In this document: positions 15,827 to 20,000 of the stretch, one piece after another
Numbering within the stretch: position 1 is the first letter of the stretch
Layout: each line of letters opens with the position of its first letter
Virus record (IMG/VR): IMGVR_UViG_3300027628_000015
Length of the DNA stretch: 20,000 nucleotides
Source of the DNA: an uncultured virus (IMG/VR IMGVR_UViG_3300027628_000015)
Lineage: Duplodnaviria > Heunggongvirae > Uroviricota > Caudoviricetes > Herelleviridae
Reading direction: 5' to 3' (one strand)
The notes under the pieces: model-generated
What the model saw: the letters and a program-made list of their open reading frames with translations, nothing else
Databases searched by the model: none
Told to the model about the DNA's origin: nothing
Made by a program: the position numbers and the translations under genes

Positions 15827-17872
15827 GTGAGTAAGTTGGATAATGGTAGCTTCGGTCCATTCTTAAACCCTCTATCCGGGATGAGACTACAATCTCAGTT
15901 AGGTAAAGAAGTAAAACGTATGAACAAAGAGGGACAGAACATCGTTAAACTTTCTTTAGCTCGGGTAGTAAAGGTTAACTATAAATACAATACAGTAGAT
16001 GTTGTAACAACATTATATAAAAACTCAACAGTAAAAAACCCGACCGATAATGGTAAATTCTCTGCTCGTTTACCTATCGGTTTCGGGGGAACTACTCCTG
16101 AAGGAAAAGTATACGGGACCAATACGTTAGTAACTATCGGTTCCCTTGTACTCATCGGGTTTATGGAAGGTAATAAAGACAATCCGATCGTATTAAATAT
16201 CTACGGGGATACAAGCAACCAATCTCAGCTAACTCGTACCTCCTTCACTAGTGCAGATGAATCAGACGAAGAGTTACAGAGAGAGTTATGGCAGCTATTT
16301 ACTTTGTACCCATCCATGACTTTCCGTAACATTGACGGAAACGGGAACCAAGAGGTAACGTTTTCAGGGAAATCATTTATGTATATCACAGACTCTGACC
16401 CAGAGAATGACTATGTAAATGACGTAGAATTTGATTACGATTTATTACCTAGCTCTAAATATGCAAACGGAGAGTTAATTGAGCCTAAGTCTCCAGACTC
16501 CCCTACTTTGCTTTATGTACATCAAGGAATTTATGATAAACATAGAGTAACCTTCTTCATTAAATCGGACGGTACTGTACGTCTAGGTAGCCGACATACA
16601 GAAGGAACAGGCGTTACATTTATGGAAATGACTACAGACGGAGCTTTCCAAATTACACAAAAAGTTGGCACAAATAATCCAGAGGAAGAAGCTGAGAAGT
16701 TTTCCAAGATGGGTATTGAGGCTGACGGTAGTGTAGTCCTTAAATCTAGAGATCATTTACTAGAGATTAATGAGGAAGGTGTGTTCATTGACGGTAAGTC
16801 TATCGCCTCTTTTGGTGGTGGAGGAAGCGGCGGTGGAGACGGAGAAATCTCTTTTGAAGATTTAATTAACGATTTGGAGGACGTAAAGACTACCATAACT
16901 GTAATTAATGGTAAAATAGAGACAAAGGTAAGTAAAACACAATATGATATCGATATGGAGGACGTTAAGAAGTACTCGGAAGACCTTGTAGCTGGAGCCA
17001 AGAAGGATATAGACGATCTTGAGAAAGTTATAGGGGACCTAGATACATATGTAGACGGGGCTTTTTTAGACGGGATTATCGACAGTACAGAAGCTAAAGC
17101 AATTGAAACTTATATCAACGGACTACGTACTGAAAAAGCAGACCTAGACGCTCGATACGGTGAGATTGCAGCAAACACTTACTTACCTGCAACAGAAAAA
17201 ACAGCTTTACAAAACGCTAAAACAGCGTACGATACTCAATTCACAAACCTAATTGATATTATTCATGCAGCGATTATAGATAATAAGGCAGATTCAGACG
17301 ATAGAGCCGCAGTAGATAGAGCATTTGACGATTATCATACAGCTATCGGAGCGCTCTCTACAGCTTTTCAAAAGGCTGCTGATGCTATTGCCTTAGCTCA
17401 AGCAAAAGAGGCGGAAGGAAACGCTAAGAAGTACACAGAGTCAACATTCACTCAAGTAGCGGATATGATTAAGTCCAAAGTAGAGTCTGAAGAGTTTACA
17501 AAAGCTATTTCCGATGTTAACCAAAAGGTTGCAGATGTGGAGAGCAATTTGACTGAAGCGGTAGTAGATACAAATAACCGAGTAGATGAAGTGGCTAAAA
17601 AGGTTACGTACAAGATGGAAATTTTTAGTACGAACGGTAACATTTTTAGAAAAGGCGCTATCAATACAATTCTATTTGCTAAGGCGTATCGAGGGGATGA
17701 AGATATTACAGACACTACAGACGTAAGTAAATTTAAGTGGACTCGAGTTTCGGATGATGCAGATGGAGATACAGCATGGAATAATGCACATTCTTCAGGA
17801 GCTAAATCTATTACGATTACACCAGCAGACGTGACAGTACGGGCGGTCTTCAATTGTGAATTATTAGAGTAG
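15827..17872 (+). CDS. Baseplate central spike-like protein: N-terminal OB-fold-like domain, coiled coil, C-terminal Ig-like domain
   Basis: MRLQSQLG, LSLARVVKVNYKYNTVD, VLIGF.EG.K..PIVLNIY match the gene that follows the hub in Herelleviridae. Gly linker at about 16815-16840. The start could instead be TTG 15836 (RBS AGGTGA). Confidence 0.7.
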   Translation: MSKLDNGSFGPFLNPLSGMRLQSQLGKEVKRMNKEGQNIVKLSLARVVKVNYKYNTVDVVTTLYKNSTVKNPTDNGKFSARLPIGFGGTTPEGKVYGTNTLVTIGSLVLIGFMEGNKDNPIVLNIYGDTSNQSQLTRTSFTSADESDEELQRELWQLFTLYPSMTFRNIDGNGNQEVTFSGKSFMYITDSDPENDYVNDVEFDYDLLPSSKYANGELIEPKSPDSPTLLYVHQGIYDKHRVTFFIKSDGTVRLGSRHTEGTGVTFMEMTTDGAFQITQKVGTNNPEEEAEKFSKMGIEADGSVVLKSRDHLLEINEEGVFIDGKSIASFGGGGSGGGDGEISFEDLINDLEDVKTTITVINGKIETKVSKTQYDIDMEDVKKYSEDLVAGAKKDIDDLEKVIGDLDTYVDGAFLDGIIDSTEAKAIETYINGLRTEKADLDARYGEIAANTYLPATEKTALQNAKTAYDTQFTNLIDIIHAAIIDNKADSDDRAAVDRAFDDYHTAIGALSTAFQKAADAIALAQAKEAEGNAKKYTESTFTQVADMIKSKVESEEFTKAISDVNQKVADVESNLTEAVVDTNNRVDEVAKKVTYKMEIFSTNGNIFRKGAINTILFAKAYRGDEDITDTTDVSKFKWTRVSDDADGDTAWNNAHSSGAKSITITPADVTVRAVFNCELLE

Positions 17873-17913
17873 AAAAAAAAATAATTTTTTAAGTGAAGAA
17901 GGAGAGAAAACCT

Positions 17914-20000
17914 ATGTCATTGGCTACAGCTCAAATAACTTTGACCGATTTGAACGATGTGAGGCAGTATATTCTTTTTGCAAACGGAAACTATAAAACG
18001 CAAATCTTTGACCCGAACAACTCTACCTATGTACCAAGTTTTAGCTCATCTAACTTGGTAATCACTCCCGAACTATATGTATCGGGAGGAGATGGGTCTA
18101 ACCTACTCCCTAGTACTCAAGTAAAATCAGTCAAGTGGTATGAAGGTACACAAACGGATACACCTTTAGCAGAAACAACAGGAGGGACTACTGGTAACGG
18201 ATTTACTTACGCTATCCCTACTGGAGCAGTAACTACTACTGCAAAGTCACTGTCCATTAAATCGAACATTCCGTCCAATATGGCGAACCAAATCTTTACT
18301 TGTGTAGTCGTATATACTGACCCACAAACTAATTTTGACGTTACAATCAAAGTACAGTATGAGATCGTAAAAGTTACAAATGGTCAAAAAGGGGACGTAG
18401 GTACAAACTCTGTAACTGCTTTCTTAACAAACAGCTCTGTAACAGTTCCTGCCGATAGTGCTGGTGCAGTTTCTTCCTACGCAAACACTGGTACAGACAT
18501 CTTTGTTTACGATGGAGCTACAGCGCTTTCTTATGTTGCTAGTAATCCGGGCAATGGGCAGTTCACAGTAACAGCTTCGCCTACAAGCATTTCAGCAGGA
18601 ACTATCTCAGCTGGAACAAATAAGGCTACAATGGCAAATGCTTCTGGTATGGCTGCTGGCTCTGATACAGCTACAATCAGTTTTGCTATTACAGGTAAGA
18701 CAAGTGCAGGAGCAGCGATCAATGTAACACTACTTCAGTCTTATACAAAGTCTAAGTCTGGGGCAACACCTACGTCTTATTGGATGGCTGTAAGTTCGCC
18801 TGTTATTCAGAAGAATGCTTCCAATGCGGTAACGCCTTCTTCAATCACAATCACAGGGTTCAGTCAAGTCGGTACAGCAGCTCCAACGTCACCAGCTAGC
18901 TTTAAGTTTGTTACAGATACAACTACAGACGGAAGTACATGGACAAATAACGTTGCTTCACCAACAGGAGCTGTAGCGTCAACTACATATACAACTAGTA
19001 ACGCTGTCAAAGGTGTACGTTTCAGAATGTATTTATCTTCTGTTACTCCTTCAACAACAAACTTTATCGATGAACAGATCGTATGGGTTGTTTCAGACGG
19101 TAGTAATGGTAACCCGGGTACAGATGCTTATTTCTTAAACTTATGGACTCCAAACGGAGATACAATCCGTAATAGCTCAGGTGAAATTCTTTTACAAGCT
19201 GACCTTTACAAAGGTTCTGGAAAAGTAACACCTACAGCGTTTAAGTGGTATATCCAAGACCCTAATGCTACTACAGCAAGCGGTGGAGATACAGACGGAG
19301 GAGATGGATGGAGACTAATTAACTCTGTAGCAACAGCTTCTACAGCTCCAACGTTGGCTCAAGTTGCTAATGCAAATACTAAATTGACTGCTGGAACGTA
19401 CTATGTTAAATACACATGGTTAGGGTTGTCTGGTGAGACTCTAGGCTCTACTGAAGCTTCTCTAGCGGTTGCGGCTGGAAACGACTTAAAAGTTACAATC
19501 CCAGTTTTCCCTACAAATGCGATCGGAGCTAAAGTGTATATCGGTACTGCATCTGGAGTACTTAAATACGCTGGAGACATCTCTACAAGTGCAGGTAACG
19601 TAGTAATCAGCAGATACGATGCATCTAACCCAGCAATCCCTACTGTGAATACTGCAACGTCTGTAGCTAATGCAACACTTACAGTTAAGCCGCATGCTAT
19701 CGCAGGTATCGAAGGGTTCAAAGTCGTAGCTACAGCGCCTACAACAAATATCAAATATTCTGCCGTAATTATGGTTAAGGATGTTCAAGATCAGATTCAA
19801 GCTAACGTACTTGGCTCTAGCATCTTTAAGAATGGGGAAGGAACTACAGTTCTTACCGTTCAATTGATTCAAGCAGGTGCAGTAATTTCTAACGCAGGAT
19901 ATAAATTTACATGGGCATTATATAATCCAAACGGTAGCCTTATAAAGGTATATCCGGGCACAGCAGATACACTAACAGTCCCTGCTACAGACGTTACAGG
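17914..20000 (+). CDS. Tail fibre / receptor-binding-type protein with tandem Ig-like beta domains (3'-truncated, absent from the ORF track)
   Basis: RBS AAGGAG at about 17899-17904, ATG at 17914, MSLATAQITLTDLNDVRQY... I read the frame with no stop to the window end (at least 695 codons). Thr/Ser/Ala/Gly-rich, with short Gly-X-Y linkers. Confidence 0.85.
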   Translation, partial: MSLATAQITLTDLNDVRQYILFANGNYKTQIFDPNNSTYVPSFSSSNLVITPELYVSGGDGSNLLPSTQVKSVKWYEGTQTDTPLAETTGGTTGNGFTYAIPTGAVTTTAKSLSIKSNIPSNMANQIFTCVVVYTDPQTNFDVTIKVQYEIVKVTNGQKGDVGTNSVTAFLTNSSVTVPADSAGAVSSYANTGTDIFVYDGATALSYVASNPGNGQFTVTASPTSISAGTISAGTNKATMANASGMAAGSDTATISFAITGKTSAGAAINVTLLQSYTKSKSGATPTSYWMAVSSPVIQKNASNAVTPSSITITGFSQVGTAAPTSPASFKFVTDTTTDGSTWTNNVASPTGAVASTTYTTSNAVKGVRFRMYLSSVTPSTTNFIDEQIVWVVSDGSNGNPGTDAYFLNLWTPNGDTIRNSSGEILLQADLYKGSGKVTPTAFKWYIQDPNATTASGGDTDGGDGWRLINSVATASTAPTLAQVANANTKLTAGTYYVKYTWLGLSGETLGSTEASLAVAAGNDLKVTIPVFPTNAIGAKVYIGTASGVLKYAGDISTSAGNVVISRYDASNPAIPTVNTATSVANATLTVKPHAIAGIEGFKVVATAPTTNIKYSAVIMVKDVQDQIQANVLGSSIFKNGEGTTVLTVQLIQAGAVISNAGYKFTWALYNPNGSLIKVYPGTADTLTVPATDVT

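Noticed and set aside
2030..19872. Other short antisense or alternate-frame ORFs in the track (2030, 6622, 8011, 8650, 9151, 9757, 12155, 12580, 13582, 14121, 14541, 15979, 16753, 17452, 18531, 19401, 19486)
   Set aside because: All overlap well-supported + strand genes and show no recognisable motifs.
1..20000. CRISPR arrays, tRNA/rRNA genes, DGR template/variable repeats, integrase or transposase
   Set aside because: No spacer-repeat array, cloverleaf, long adenine-mismatched repeat pair or recombinase motif seen. Intergenic gaps are short and explained by promoters and terminators.

Overview
Tail morphogenesis module of a large lytic Bacillus-type myovirus (Herelleviridae, Bastillevirinae/SPO1-like organisation). 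All real genes are on the + strand. Order: neck/tail-completion genes, tail sheath, tail tube, three accessory cassettes each with its own promoter and terminator, a tail assembly chaperone pair, tape measure protein with a lysozyme domain, a free-standing Vsr/PD-(D/E)xK-like endonuclease, baseplate hub/NlpC-P60 tail lysin, central spike-like protein, and an Ig-like fibre gene that runs off the window. The three cassettes are a beta-helix depolymerase-like gene, a secreted YocH-like 3D-domain gene, and a sigma-A operon with a 54-aa ORF plus a Rok-like protein. Main findings: (1) the endonuclease cassette sits inside the first codons of the hub gene and supplies a recoded replacement start, which reaches the hub frame only via a +1 shift at CCC-UAG (or reflects a 1-nt sequencing error); (2) a phage Rok-like protein with altered DNA-contact residues behind a host-type promoter; (3) a perfect triple WalR box upstream of the yocH-like gene; (4) a +1 frameshift site in the chaperone; (5) strong restriction-site bias. 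Homology calls come from motif recognition and recalled sequences, not database searches.
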